Part shown: positions 14,201 through 29,738 of the stretch, piece after piece
How the letters are laid out: each line of letters begins with the position of its first letter
How positions within the stretch are numbered: position 1 is the stretch's first letter
Origin: the human T2T-CHM13v2.0 reference genome, Homo sapiens
Assembly: GCF_009914755.1 (NCBI RefSeq)
Contig: NC_060937.1
DNA: 64,000 nt
Strand: one strand, 5' to 3'
Notes under the pieces: model-generated
Databases searched by the model: none
What the model was told of the DNA's origin: nothing
The model's input: the letters and a program-made list of their open reading frames with translations, nothing else
Program-made: the position numbers and the translations under genes

Positions 14201-15464
14201 TAAATATGGAAAAGTTGCTATTGTGGGCTTCACCAGTTGGTGAGTACAGATGTAGTCCTATAACTTCATACACTTTCAATTGCTCTATCACATTTGTGAT
14301 AGCTATGAAGTTTTTCCTTCTATGCAACATGCTGCTATTAGACAGCTACAGGAATGAGTGAATAGCTTCTCCTCTAGTTTCTTGTCCTCAATCTCTCTCT
14401 TTCCTCCCCTCTGGCCCACCCTAAATACTTATACAGGCGAGTGTGGACACACACACACACACACATCCTGTGAAGAGGAATGAGAGCACAAAAAGTTATA
14501 TACAATTCATTGTAATATGAATCAGGAAAAAGCTTCCTGACTTCAGCCTAAAGATTCCCTGGGCTGAGGGGAAAGGGAATGTCCAGATGGCAAATGGAGT
14601 GAGGAGAGAACTTATCCTGGTGGGTCACTGAAAAGAGTGCTAAGCCTGCTCCAGTGGGGAAGAGGAAGATGACAGAAATGTCAGGTAAGTTTGTGGGAAC
14701 TGAAAGGGGAGGCAATCTAGAAGTGTTCTCAGGCAAAGGCCCAAGGAGACCCAAGATCTCAGAGACTAAGGTGCTATGTGGCAGATATGAGTCTGGGACA
14801 GCTTACAGAGTCCCATACGTCACAGTGTGGCCTGGAAGCAGATGGATGGTTCTGGGGCCTGAGAGTGCCGCAGGAGTCCATGGGTCTTGGGTCACAGCCT
14901 GCAGTTTCCATGACTCAGCCTGGCAGTGGAATGACTTCCTGGGCACCCCAAAGGCTTTATAGAAGTTGAAAGGATAGTTGTCAAACGTGCAGGAGCCTTT
15001 TAAATGGGATCATAGGGACAAGGTAGCAATCATCTGCATGTCAGGAAACGAACACTAAACAGGATGATGGATGGCCCAGTGAAGGCCCAGGTGATAGCAG
15101 TCTAGAACCAGGTACCCCATCTCCCCACATGTTGACATGCCACAAGCACCCCAGAAATTAGTTATTTCCCTGCAGTTACATATTGACTAATTTTAAATTG
15201 TTACTGCTTACAGGATGGAGGCTCTAAATAGAAAAAAAGTTAGAGAGAAACATAAATTTGTTATGTTTTTATACAGCTGGGTTTGTGGGCTGCAAATTGA
15301 AACCATTATACAATTCTCTTTTAAAATGCAAATATCCCTCATACGCATATCATGTGGACAAAGTGTTTGTTTTATTAATAGCATCCCCTAACCTAGTTTC
15401 ACTATTAAAAGGTAGGTCTGAGTGGGATGTGGGTCCCTAGTGACCTAGTGTGAGAATAGAGGGT

Positions 15465-15768
<304 letters not shown>

Positions 15769-18700
15769 TAGAGGGCATTTTAAGGGAAGAAGAGAGGAGT
15801 TGGGAAAGGATCTTCTTTCTAATGGGAAGAGAAAGAAGAGACAATAGAAAAAGGAAGAAGGAAAAGGGCCCAATGAATGTCCAATATTCCTTTTGTTTTC
15901 ATTGTGATTCTCATACAGAATTCATAAATACTTCAACCTAAACCATTGAAATTGGAATTTAATCTGAGGTATGAAAAAAATGCTAGGTTTAAAATCACAA
16001 CCCAGGTTGAATTTCTTACTTTGCCCATTAATAGATGTGTGACCTTGAGCATTCTCTTAACTTCTCTGAGCCTCAGTTACTTCAGTTGTAAAAAGGGTCT
16101 AATAAAACACATCCCACTGAATTACTGAGAGGATTGATCCAATTACATGAAAGAGCTCTGAAACAATAAAAAGTTGCACCATCTGGGGTATCAGTTTGCG
16201 GTCGAGGAGACAATGGGGAGAAATAATGTAAGTGTTGAGCACATCTGCGGTCTTTAAACAGAGAGCTCAACACAAGGACATGGGCATATTGGAAAAAACT
16301 ATTTCAGAAGAGGGGAAAAGGGAGAAAGGGGGATATGTGGGTATTAGAGGCAAACCCAGATATCCTGCCTTGAGGTCAAATAATTATAACATTAAATCCT
16401 GTTTACTGATGCTTAGCTGTCAGGCTCTTGCTCATTTACCTTGGAGATCCATTTAGAATTAGTGTAAGGTGTAATTGACCTGTACTTAGAGTTCCAGAAT
16501 AGGACAATCACTTCCAAATGCCCTCAGTATAAGAAATTAACAGTACTTGGGGCTTTAGAAATCAATGTTCAACCTTTCAACTACTAGAAAGCCTTTTTAG
16601 TTATTGTGCTTACTATGAAAGCCCTTGGCTGTCAGTTCAACAAGTCGTTCTTGCTTTGTGACATCTCTGGAAGTTTAATAGTTCTGTGAGAAAGTCCTTG
16701 TCAGTGTTCTGAAAACTGGGAATTAGGAAGTCGACTTCCAATCAAGCTTCAGATGACATGCGACATGCGTTAAGTTTAGAAATAACGTTAGTGTTTCTAA
16801 TTTAGCATCGTGTTGGAGTCCTAATTATGAAATGACATTAAGAAAATTCCATTCCTCAGAATTCTTGTGCAGTAGCATTGGGTAGAAACACCATTGTGTT
16901 CTGTGACCTGGGGTAGGGATGATATCTCAAAAACGCATGCTCAGGTTGCCCATGGTGATAGCTAAACTGTCTTCTCAGGAGAGGAGCAGGCTTTATTAAC
17001 TGGAACTCACCAGATTTCACAGAACATTTTGAAGGGCTTAGGATTGTGAGTTTGGAGGTAGATGCCAAGCAGAGGTAAACATTTTGTATAACAGAAGAAA
17101 CATATTTGATATGGGAGAGAGACAGAAATCTTGTGGAAAACTCCAGAGCCATCAAAGCTGGGACAGTGTTAAAGACGAGCACCCTGGAAGTGAGGAGCCA
17201 AGTGTGGGTTTTGAGGAACAGATATATTAAGGGGGATTCTCACAAATGTTTTATTTTGACAAATATCAATAATTTAGAAAAGTTGCAAGAATAGTATAGC
17301 AATTATTCATATACCCCTTCCATATAGTACACAGAAAAAGAGGGTATATATTTTAATAAATATTTGTGTATACACATTTTGTGTATAGATAGGCAGATAA
17401 ATAGATAAAGAGACAAATGTGCACCTGTGTATAATTTTCTGAACTGTTTGAGAATTGGTTGTAAGCATCACGACACTTCACCACCAAATACTTCAGCATG
17501 TGTCTCCTAAGAACAAGGCTGTTCTCTACATGACCACAACATAGTTATTTCACCCAGAAACTTAAACTTGATACAATACAATATCTAATATTCAGTCCAT
17601 ATTCAAATTTCTCCTATCATCCAAATAATATCATTACTAATCTCCAATATAAAGAGATTTAAAACATGTTTTCCATGTTCAACATAAATGTCTTCTCCAT
17701 TTTTCTTACAAAATCATCAAAAACAACTACGTTTCCCATTTATACTTTTACACCAGTAGTTTCTTTGGAGGAACTTGCACTTGTCCCACATCCAGATTGG
17801 CAGGGGATAAAATAGAAATAATAAGAGCTGGCAGAAGAGAGGCTGGTTGATGCTGATTACATTCAAAATAACTATTTGGAGGAAAAAGCACTGATTCTGT
17901 TCCTGGGGTGTTGAGTTTTTTCTTCTGACCTCATATTTTAATCCTGTCCTTTCTTAGTCTTTTGTATGTGATAAATCTCCCAGAGCATGCCCTTGCAGTG
18001 CTTGTCTCCCAGATCTTCCTAATAAATTATATAAAAATTTGCTCTCATAGGTTTTGGTTTTTAAAAAAACAAATTTTAATTTTAGAGCAATTTTTTTTGT
18101 TTGATGGTTTGCTTTTTGGTGTGGACAAACCATATTCAAGCCATAGCAAAGTCCAAACTAAAGCACTAACATGAGTAATGATTATCTTCCTGTGAGTGGT
18201 GGATGGAACAAGAACTTTGCATTTCTTTTTTATAATTGACACATAATAATCGTACATATGTATGGATACAGAGCAGTGTTTCTATATATAATGTGATCAG
18301 CTCAGGATAATTATTAATAGCATATCTGTCATCTCAAATATTTATCATTTTTTGTGTGGGGAATTTCCAATACCTTCCTTCTAGCTATTTGAAACTGTAT
18401 AATATAGTATTGTTAATTAAAGTCATCCTACGGTGGTATAGAACACTAGAACTTATTCCTCCCACCTAGCTGTGAGCAGTTTTTCATTAACAGAGAAGTA
18501 GATAAAATGGTACATTTCCCATACCTTCCCACCTCTGGCCCTGCACATAGTTTCTCCTATTATTCACATCTTAAGTTAGTATGGTACATTTGTTACAAGT
18601 AAGGAACCAACACTGAAACATTATTATTAGCTAAAGTCCATACTTTATTCAGATTTCCTTAGTTTTTATCTAATATCCTTTCCTGTTCCAAGATTCCATC

Positions 18701-20249
18701 GAGGATACCCCATTATATTTAGTCTTCTTTTCTCCTTAAGCTCCTGGAACTCTGATAGTGTCTCAGACTTTTCTCGTTTTTGATGTCCCTGACAGTTTTG
18801 AGCTCATAGGTCTTTTGACTATTTATTCTCTGTACTTTGCTTACACTAGAGTACCACAACAAATATTACTTTGAATTAGGTAATATCTATAATTGGTGAA
18901 AAGCAAATCATGTTTGAAGTAGCTACATGGTAAGGATGATCAAGTTATCACTGAAACTTGTTTGAGCAGCTTTGGTTGTGTATAGCTTATTTTCTGACTA
19001 CGTATTGATTAGATATGGGATATGGAGTTCATGGCTTTCATTGAAGGGATGATTTTCTTTGGGTGGATTGAGTCAATGAAGCTCAAAGCAAAAAAGATCA
19101 ACTGAGAGGGCACAACCAGTCACAGGTGTCTTTTTTTTCCCAGAGCCTTATGTTCTTTCAGACTCCACAGGGCATCAGTTAGTCTCTTTATTTTTGCAAG
19201 TGTCTTGGGGGTAATTTGGCTGAGACATGCTACCATCCTTTAGCAAACAGATAGTTCCCTTGTTCTTTGCTTACTAAAATTTTTTTTTGAAAATTGAAGT
19301 ATAATTTACAAATAATAACAAACACAGATCTTAAGTTCCAAAGTTTTGATGAATGCATATACCTCCGTGACCTACACCTCAAGACACAGAACATGTCCAT
19401 CACTGCAGGAAGTTATCCCATTCCCTTTCCAAGTCAATGCTTGCCCTCAATCCCCAGAGCATCCACTGGTCCAATTTCTTTCACAATAGATTATGTTTGC
19501 CTGTATCAAAATTTCATAAAAGTGAAATCATACAGTTCATACTATTTTGTGTCCAGCTTCCTTAGCTTAGCATAATGTTTTTGAGATTCATTCATGTTGT
19601 GTTTATATCAAAAGTTCATTCCATTTTATGGCTGAGTTGCATCCATTGTACTGTATTAATATACTATAATTTCTTTATCCTTTTTTGTATTGATGGACTT
19701 TTTTTTCCTGATTTTTAGCTATTACAAATGAAGTTGTTATAAATAACGAGGTATTTATAACATAGGTATAAGTTTTTGGGAGGGACCTATGTTTTCCACT
19801 TCTCTAGGGTGTGGAATTGCTGGGTCATTTGGTTGGTGTATGTTTAATGCAATAAGAAAATGTCAAACTATTTTCCAGAGTGGTTGTACTATTTTATATT
19901 TATCTATTGCTATGTAACTTAACAGCAACAACTTAAATATTGCTGCAAAATTAACAGCTTAAGCAACACAGATATACTATCTCACAGTTTTTATGGGTCA
20001 GAAGTCTGGATACAGCTTAGCTGATTCTTTTTTGAAAGGCTGCAATCAAGTTGTTAGCCCAAACTGGATTTTCAGATGGTAGTTCAACTGGGGAAGAATC
20101 TGCTTTCAAACTCACATTATGTGTTGGCAGAATTCACGTCCTTGTGGTTTCACAACCTAGGGCTTCAATTTCTTTCTGGATGTCAGCTGGAGGGCACCCT
20201 CAGCTCCTAGAGGCTGCCTGCAGTTCAAATAGAAAATAATTCTCTGTTG

Positions 20250-22700
20250 CAGAAGTTATGGCCTTGCTCCAGAACCTCAGGGGTGTGCCTCCTATTGGGA
20301 CTTTCCAGGGACACCAGATAGCATTTATCTACAGCAAATACCTCTGACACCACTGGATCTGCTGGATTATATAGTTCAAGTAGCAGCTTTCACCACAGCC
20401 TGGAGCTAATCCTGAGATGTCTCTGACTACGGTACCCACTAGCAACTGGACATTTTCTAAGTCTCCTGATAAATGGGTTGAAGCTGTATTCCCAAAGACA
20501 GTACATGCTGCCTTCAAAATCAGAGGAGGCCCACTAAGTGATAAGCCACTTTCTTAGTGGCAGGGGGTGAGAAGTGCAATAAATTGTCATTTACATTAAA
20601 GGTGATGCTCCCAGCATACCCAGAGCACTGAATCTTAACAACTTGATCAATGTGGCAAGCCCTCAATTATCTTGGAGTTTATCTCCCATTCTTTGGGTTA
20701 CATGTATTTTACTGGCCACTTAGCCTGTCTACTCAAAGTGTAGTCTACAGACAGATGTTGGCTGGTGAACACTTGGTTACTAGCCTGTGGAAAGATAAAT
20801 TCATAAATTGAAAATCTATATTTAGAAATTTTATAGCAATTTGCCATTGCTGTGACTTCCAAGCACATGATCAGAAGACTAATCTCATTGAACAAAGTAT
20901 AGATCATTGTGATTATTGTCAAACTCATATGGTGATTTGCACATGCAGCAAGATACCTACTGTTCAAGTTCAGTTATTTCCAAAAGTATTGCTCCAAGAC
21001 AGTTTGGAAAAAATAAAAAAAGAATTGGAGAGTTTCAGAAGCACTGATCCAGAGTATTTGCCCCTTTGTACTTTGTACTCCCTCCCGGACAGAGAGCAGG
21101 AGAATTAAAATAGCCCTGGGCCAGAAAGTAAACGTGTATTCTTATCTTTTGTATATGAGGGCAAACTGCTTTTGATCCTTCCTGCTGATGGGAATCAAGA
21201 AAGGCACATTTACCAAGTTAGTAACTGCATACCAAGGTCAATGTTGATTTTCTCAGGGGAAGATACCACATGCTGTATGGCAGCGCCTCTTGGAGCTAAT
21301 ACCTGGTTAAGAGTATAGTTGTCTACTGTCATCTGCCATGATCCCATTTTTTGCAGGGGTCAGACGGGAGAATTGAATGGTAATATAAGGGAAACTACAA
21401 CCCCTGCATTCTTTAAATCTTTGATGGTGATGTAAATCTTTGCAATTCTTCCTAGAATGCTGTCTTGCTTCTGATTTACTATCCTGACTTGGGGTGACAG
21501 TGGCAGTTTCAAAGGCTTCTACTTGGTCCTCCTACATAATGACTATTAATCCATGGGTCAGGGAGCCAATGTGAAGGTTTTGCCAGCTAAGATTGACTAC
21601 CTTAATTAGACATTCAGTGATTTAAACATAAAATGCATTCATGGGCAATCAGATCCACTGTGAGTTGGAATTGAGCCCAAACTCCACTGGTCCCTATTCT
21701 AACTGGAGAATTACATTGGTATCAGGGTCAGCTCAGACTTTGTATCTAACAGTTCTTGAATACTTGATATTCCTCTTTCTTCCACTGCATGCTCTCACCT
21801 AGCAAATGGCCACGAGTCATTTTGGGGAGCCACCTATCAAAAGGAGTCATTACATAACTTATAGGCAAGAGAAGACTTCTCAAGCTTGAGGTGGTGCTTC
21901 TGCCAGCCAGAGGGTTCAGAGCACTAGTGGGCTGCAGTGAGCACATTCCACCTTGCAGAAGCCATTTGTGTGCATTTCTTTTTAATTCTGTGTTTGGTGA
22001 CATTATGCTGGTAGCTTGAAATTGACCAAGGTGGGAGTGTTTACATAACAGAAATTGGCAAATATTAAAATGTCCTTCCCCACCACCCTCTCCCCTGAGA
22101 ACTGGTTGTTAAATTTCTTTCCAGTACATTACAGAGTCAGGGGTAACATAGAAGATTCAATATTCTCAGGCTCATCTATCCAAATGCCCTATCCTAGGTC
22201 TTAGGGTAATACTCTTTTTCCTTTCAAGAACAAGATGTGGGCTAGGAGACCCTGAAAGTCCATGCATTTGGTTGCCTTTTCAACTCTTCTGCCCTTACAA
22301 TCAGCTTCCGTGACTTCCTGTAGCCTAAAGCAAACTACACTAAATATTACTAAAAATTGCCAGTAGAGGCCCTCTGGCCTTCACGGTGTGACTTAAGGTG
22401 ACAGGTGGCTGCCCTGAGGCATCATTTTGTTTTACAAGGTATACAATTCCATCAACAGAATCAAGCCCCTCTATAGTCCTTACAGTTATTGTCCCCACAC
22501 TGTTCAAACAGTATGGCTACTACCTATCCCAATGCCCCACCTTCTATCTGCACTGCATCTCAATTAGCTACAGGTGGGAAGCCTTTGTAATCATGGTATC
22601 ACTGTGTTGCTTCATAACTACCCACTCACTGTGCCATGGGTCTTTATTGCCACACGGTCGGTAAGTAACCCAACTCTAGCATTCCATCCTGAGTGTCTGC
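20250..22700 (-). mobile_element. Ancient ERVL-class provirus internal (pro-pol) remnant
   Basis: Minus-strand degenerate protease LLDTKSELTLIP (~21717-21752; ERVL LLDTGSELTLIP) and RT motif PWYAVTNLVNVPFLIP (~21190-21237; ERVL WYAAIDLANAFFSIP). Boundaries approximate. Confidence 0.7.
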
Positions 22701-23519
22701 AGGACGCTCCTGGTGCCAAGCCTTTTAGCCTGGGTTCTGTAGAAAACAGAGCCTGAGTGTAGTTTGAGAGAAACTGGAGTGAAGACGAACGGGCTGGGCA
22801 AAGAAGGAAGAGAAACTATTAATAATAAAATAGTGTATTACCGAACTAGCTACCTCTTGGTATCAAGCCCGGGTGATTGGTCAGTATCATGAGGGTCATA
22901 TTTTGAGAGGTAGTATGGACTACTGTGTTTCAGGACAATCTGTCTGGGTGGAGGAAGGAGAGGAGTTTATATGCTGGACCCATCTTGTTTTGATTAGATT
23001 TACCCCAAGGACATTAACTCCACTGCACTTACGGCTACACTTTGTTAGAAGCCCAACAGTTAGGCACTATCTCAGCCCTCTTGGGGTGGGAGGTGAGATG
23101 TGTGTGGCTTGGGGAAAGGGAGGGGAACCACTGGGATGTGCCAATGTAAAGTCTGTTGCTTCAGTAGTCTCTGGGCAGGGCCCATACAGTTGGTTGCTGT
23201 GGTGGCAGTTGGGGAAAACAAGTGGTCAATGACCCTGGAGTTAGGCCAGGCTGTTTGGCTTATAGGTGACATATACACTGCTTGATATGTCTACCACACT
23301 GCCCTTCTTGAATCTTGGTTTTCGGCATTTCTTTAATTCTATTTAGTGTTCTTCCAATAAATTCTCATTTTTTGGTTGCTAATCAGAGCCGATTTCTGTT
23401 TCATGAGGCCAAGGAAACAATTTTAAGCAATATTTTATACTCTCTTTAGTGCTCCAAACACTGTTGTATACTTATTTGGTGCTAATGCTCGATGAACTGC
23501 AGAAATTTGTCTATGTACT

Positions 23520-24370
23520 GTACCACTTATCTATCGCTGTATAACAAATTGCCCCCAAATTAATGACTAAAGCAATAATGATTCACTGGTTCTTCTGCTG
23601 ATCTTCTCTGGTAGGTGGGTGGGTATAGGCTCAGCCTCTTTCTCCATGTGGTCTGTCATCTTCATAGGGACTAACCCACACTTCTTACATGGCACCTGGA
23701 TTTCAGGACAGCAAGCCCTAATGCACAAGCACTTATCAAGGTGCTTGCTGAGATCCTATTGGCCAAACAAGTCACAAGGCCAAGCCCAGCATCAGTGTGG
23801 AACTCTGCACAAAGGCATGAATGTCAGTAGGTGTGATTCATTGTAGGCCATCAGTGTTAGTCTACCACCAGGTATTTACATTGTTCTTTAGAGCAGAGAC
23901 TTCCGGTGGTCCCCCAACAGCTGTTCTCCCTTGCTTCTGTATTAAGAGATCCCTGAATTCTGTTAATGAACTCATGATTGTCAAAAAAAGTTTTTTTTCC
24001 CTGTACCCCACAGTAAGGTGTGGCTTTGCATCCACGTTTTGATCAATGGGATGTAAGCGAAGGTGTATTGTGGCAGTTTCCAGGAATTTTCCTTAAGTGA
24101 GAACAGGCGTGTGCCTCTGGCTTTTTCTTTATGCCTTCCAGCACCCTGCTGTTTAAAACGTAGGTACGACTTTTGGCTGCCATCCTGGACCCTTAAGTAC
24201 CCTCCAGGGATGATAGAGTTATGAGCTGAAGGTGCCTGTGTCCCTGAGGACTTCACTGAGCAGAACCTTCACTTAGTCCTAGAATTCCTACCTCTAGACT
24301 TTTACCTGGGATACTAATCTTTTATTTAATCTATTGTTATTTTGGGTTCTGTTATTAGCAGCTAACATAA
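23520..24370. mobile_element. MLT1-type MaLR LTR fragments
   Basis: TATCTATCGCTGTATAACAAATTGCCCCCAAA and CCTATTGGCCAAACAAGTCACAAGGCCAAGCCCA; ends GGGTTTCTGTTATTAGCAGCTAAC. Confidence 0.6.
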
Positions 24371-24435
24371 TCCTGTCATACTATTGAAATATAGTCTCTC
24401 TATGTTTTTAGGTCATACTCGACAGTATGTAATTT

Positions 24436-24730
24436 TTTTTTTTTTTTTGAGACAGAGTCTCACTCTGTTGCCCAGGCTGGAGTCCAGTGGCGTGATCTCA
24501 GCTCACTGCAAACTCCACTTCCTGGGTTCAGGTGATTCTCTTGCCTTAGCCTCCTGAGTGGCTGGGACTACAGGCATGAGCCATCACGCCTGGGTAATTT
24601 TTGTATTTTTAGTACAGATAGGATTTCGCCATGTTGGCCAGGCTGGTCTTGAACTCCTGGCCTCAAGCGATCTGCATGCCTTGGTCTCTCAAAGTGCTGG
24701 GGTTACAGATGTGAGTCACCAAACCTGGCC
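24436..24730 (-). mobile_element. AluS element
   Basis: Full Alu; TSD ACAGTATGTAATTT at 24422-24435 and 24732-24745. Confidence 0.95.
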
Positions 24731-26489
24731 CACAGTATGTAATTTCTTACCTTCCGCTCATCTTCACCCAAAACATTCTGATAGCCCTTATTGATTAGAA
24801 GAGGAGGAGAATGCATTAAGTTTAGTTGGCAGAAATTGTGTGAATTTAAAATCAGTGCATTTAGAGAAACATGTGTGGCTCATCAAGCCATTAAGAAAAC
24901 AAAAAAGAGGAAACTACAAAATGTTTGCATTCCTGTAGCCCACAAGAGACAAATCTAGAACAATGCTGGGGTCTGGTCAAGTAGGGAAAGCTCTCAGTAA
25001 GACCAAGCACAAACCCCACTTCTGGTTTCCTTGGTTTGGGGCTGTCTCATGTTAATGATATTTTTCATGAGAAAAACCACATGCAAATGAAACAATTCGT
25101 TGTCCCCACTTGGAGGTGCAGTGGTGGTGGTGGGGAGAACTAGGGAAGGGTTTGTGCATCAGACAAAGGTTGGGATTACAAGGGTTGTAGATGAACGAGA
25201 TGTGCCTTTAGTTACAGCCACTTCTTGAGTGCTGTATGTCTATGTGACTCCTGATGACTTGGTCAAAGAAAATATCAACACATTGCCTTAGCTGTTTTCC
25301 TTGATGGGGAGAAATCGACACACTTGGAAATGGAAGAATTTCCTCTCTTGTTGCAGTGGCTTTGTGCATTGGCTTGAGCTGCAGTCATCTGGCAGTTTGT
25401 TGCTTCAGTCACTGGCCCTGGCCCTTGCCACTGCCAGGCAGAGTTGAGCCTGCACTGAAGACATGAGAATACTGGATCAATACAAACGTTATGGAAAATG
25501 TTTTAACTTTTTCTTTTTTTAAAAGGCCTGCCTGTTATCTTTATACCTCTGTTACCCGCCCCACCACCCCAGAAATGAGCCAGAGCCTTTGTGATGGCTA
25601 GATTTGTTTGAACATTTAATCTCCTTCCCCATCTGTTTTGAGAAATATCTAGCCTCTTTATCAGAAGAGAGCTTAAAGTCTCACCAACATTCTTGCCCCA
25701 GGTGTCATGGGCTGAACTGTTTCCCTCAAATTTATATTTTGAAGTCTTAACTCCCAGTACCTCAGAATGAAACTGCATTTGGAGATAGGGTCTTTACGGA
25801 GGTAATTAAGTTAAAATGAGGTTGTTAGAGTCATTCATTGGAAAAGTATTTGTCAAATGTCTACTATGTGCCAGGCACATGTTAGGCATGCAGCCCCACT
25901 GGTTAGGAGAACAGATATAGACCTACCTTCAGAGACTGTCTGGCTTCGTGGACATGTAGCCTGTGTAGTCACTTAGTTCTCCATGTTAGAAAGACCCTGT
26001 GGTTGGTTTAATGCTCTGTTGCCACCATCTTGAAATTCTTAGTAATTTTTCAATGAGGAGTTCTGCATTTTTTTTCCTCTGGACCCTGCAAATTATGTAA
26101 TTGGTCCTGCTCATGGAAATTGGTATAGTAGGAGAATCAATCATATTCTCTGCACTTAGGAGTGTGGTTTGGTGGCATGGAGAGAAGGTCAGTGTAGCAG
26201 AAGTAGTACAGTATAAAAAGATGAAGATGATAATATTCACAATGGCGGGAAGGAGTGGAGTCTGCTGCTGGGGGATGAAAAGATACATGAGTGGAACAGC
26301 AGGGGTTCTTTTTTGTTTTCTTTACTTTTCCTCCCAGACCTTATTATTAACCTTGAATAATTCAGATAAACTGAACAGGTCTCTGTTCCTTGAAACCTGA
26401 AAGAATCTAACATGCACATATGGGAAGTTATTTAAGTCATGGGATTGAAATAGAGCAAGAAGAGAGGAGGATTGAAGACGCTTGAAGAC

Positions 26490-28015
26490 CAGTGTTTCCC
26501 ACACTATCTGTGAAGGAACTTTTCATTCTTCTTCATTAACTGTTTGTCATGAAGTGATATTAACACTTTGGAATGTAAAATAGAAACAAATTGCAAAAAA
26601 TTATAATGAAAACAGAGGCACACCAAATATTGTACAAGCTCACATTTTTTAGATTAAACAGAAATAGAATTACATTTCAATAAAAATTATCAGAACAAAC
26701 ATAAATAAAAGAAAAAATTACAAAATGTACATTGCTTATTGAAAGTGTCCAGATAGATAATTAATAAAGAGAATTGCCATTATCCTCCTAATATTTATCA
26801 CCTCACAGCCGTAACAACTAACAAAAAGTTGGGAGTGAAGTAGTAATTTCCCACTAAACAACATGAATGTTAATATTTGAAGTTTTAATGTGAGAAATGA
26901 GTGGGCTCTTTGCTTGTTAAATTATCTAATCTAGGTTGGATTGGTGACATGCTACTTGCAGGAGATGATGTATATCTAAATTGTTTTTATATTTTATTTT
27001 AACAACACTAGTAGTAGAAAAACTAGTCTCTCAAAAATATGTTGAAGGGAACAGAAGAAGAGTTAAAGCAATTTAACAATATCAGGATAATCACTTTTAA
27101 CTTTTATCCTTAATGATGGAAACAATGCGTTATTTTCAAAATTCATCTTCAATCTTTCATCAGTAGCCAGTTTCAAAAACTGTCACTCAAGTTATCTTTC
27201 AATGAAATAAACGGATTTTGGATCCATGAATTTCTTGCATGTGGAGCTTGTTTTGATAGAAAATACTCAGATATTTTATCAAATTTATAATTAGTTTTTT
27301 AATATTTTGTATATAAATGTCCTTTAAGTTTGATGGCTTTATTGTTTCATTAGTCTGTAATGATTTTAGCACTTCACTATGAGTTATGGCTACAAACTCA
27401 ATAACAAGGGATTATACTTCTGAGTAAAATTAGTACAAACTCCTATTTGTTTAATTCTTTGGAATTACTTCTCTGATCATTATTTAGTTTACTACTGTGA
27501 TTACTAACACATTACTGATGTGTGTCTTGTATTGGCAAAATTGGACAGTAAGGATTGTTTTGCCATCTATAATTTAGGGTTAAAAACAAATGACACAAAT
27601 TTTACTCCCCTAATTTAGCTAAGAATTTACAAAAAATAGGCTTGATTAAAAATGAAAATGATTGTAAAAATAACAAGTTATATAAGTAAATAAATATTTA
27701 CATTTTCATAGATTTTTACTCTTGGGTTGCAGGTGACAAACCTTGAAATTTTACTCATTGTAATATCGTACTATTGCATATGACAGGGACACAACCATGC
27801 CACCTGCAACTCAAGAACCAGGTTGAAGAATACCTGAACTGTTTAACAAGCAATGTCCAATGATCATGCACTTGGATATTCCTGAAATGTCAAATTGATA
27901 TAAACACTGCTAAGCACTTATCCTTTTAATTTCTGTACTTATTTCCTTGTGGACTAAACACAAACAGTTCGCAGACTGTCACTGGTCCAAGAACTACACT
28001 TTGAGTAGCATTACT
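26490..28015. mobile_element. Probable hAT-Charlie DNA transposon fossil
   Basis: Charlie-like termini CAGTGTTTCCCACACT.. and ..CACTTTGAGTAGCATT around an AT-rich degenerate body. Confidence 0.45.
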
Positions 28016-28621
28016 CTAGGGAACACTTGCATTGAAGGGACCGGCAGAAAGAGAACTAATGAAGGAATTTGTGAAGTAACAAGGGAGGAGAACAAGGAGA
28101 CCATAGATTTGTGGAAGACTAGGGAATTTTTAAGAGGAAGTGGTTAACTATATTGACTGCAAGAAAGGTCAAGTAGGTTGAGGACCAAAAGAAGCCATGG
28201 GATTGACAACTATCATCAGTGACATTTGAAAGAGTGATTTCAGAAGGGGGCTCTTGGTGGTAGTGAAAGAAAGCCAGGGGCCAGCAGGCTGAGAAATTGG
28301 GGAAGCAGAGAGAACCAATGGGGACTACCCTTCTAAGAAGCTAGATGGTTAAGAAATGGAAATAGTGTGGTAGCTTGGGGGTATAAAAACTTTGAAGGAA
28401 GGCTTTTTAGAACGATGAAGACTTTTTAGACCCTTCCCCAAATTTTAATATCACTGAAGGAGTCTCAAACTGAAGAGAGTTCCCTCTCTAGATAGAAAAT
28501 CTAAGAAATACATATATTTTTTGTAGGAGTCTTACAGCAATCTTCTTAAAATTACCAAGCAGGTTGGAAGAGATCCATGAATTTCAAGAAGTTCAGAGGG
28601 AATATTTTTAAGACTCTGCTG

Positions 28622-28962
<341 letters not shown>

Positions 28963-29069
28963 TAGACTCTGCCGAAATTCTAATACTTCTTTGGTAATGC
29001 AACAGAAAACTAAAGATTTTGATGGTGAACTCAATTGCTTCTGAGTTGTGTGGATGAAAATATATTTTA

Positions 29070-29292
29070 TTATTTTTTCCTTCAACTTTTAAGCTCCCAG
29101 GTATATGTGTAGGATGTGCAGGTTTGTTACACAGGTAAATGTGTGCTATGGTGGTGTGCTGCACAGATCAACCCATCACCATGGTATTAAGCCCAGCATC
29201 CATTAGCTCTCCTGATGCTCTCCCTCTCCCCACCCTTCCCCGCTACAGGCCCCAGTGTGTGTTGTTCCCCTTCCTGGGTCTATTTTATGGTA

Positions 29293-29343
<51 letters not shown>

Positions 29344-29738
29344 CTATTTATGTGTATATATTATGATATATACACCACACTTTTTTCAAACTATTATTTT
29401 AGGTTTAGGGATACATGTGCAAGTTTGTTATATAGGTAAACTGTGTGTCTCTGGGGTTTGGTGTGTACAGATTTTTTCACCACCCAGGTAACAAGTGTAG
29501 TACCTGATAGGTAGTTTTTTGATCTTCTGTCCTCTCACCCTACACCCTCAAGTAATCCCCCAGTGTGTGTTGTTCCCCTCTTCATGTCCATGTGTTCTCA
29601 TTGTTTAGCTCCCACTTATAAGTGAGAACATGCAGTGTTTGGTTTTCTGTTCCTGCGTTAGTTTGCTGAGGATAAAGGCTTCTGGCTCCATCCATGTTCC
29701 TGCAAAGGACATGATCTCATTCCTTTTTATGGCTGCAG
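29070..29738 (-). mobile_element. Composite L1PA 3' end: two L1 3'-end copies separated by (TG)n, inside one TSD
   Basis: 14-bp perfect TSD GAAAATATATTTTA at 29056-29069 and 29739-29752; CCCAGTGTGTGTTGTTCCCC occurs twice. Confidence 0.8.
29298..29341. repeat. (TG)n microsatellite
   Basis: About 21 TG units. Confidence 0.97.
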
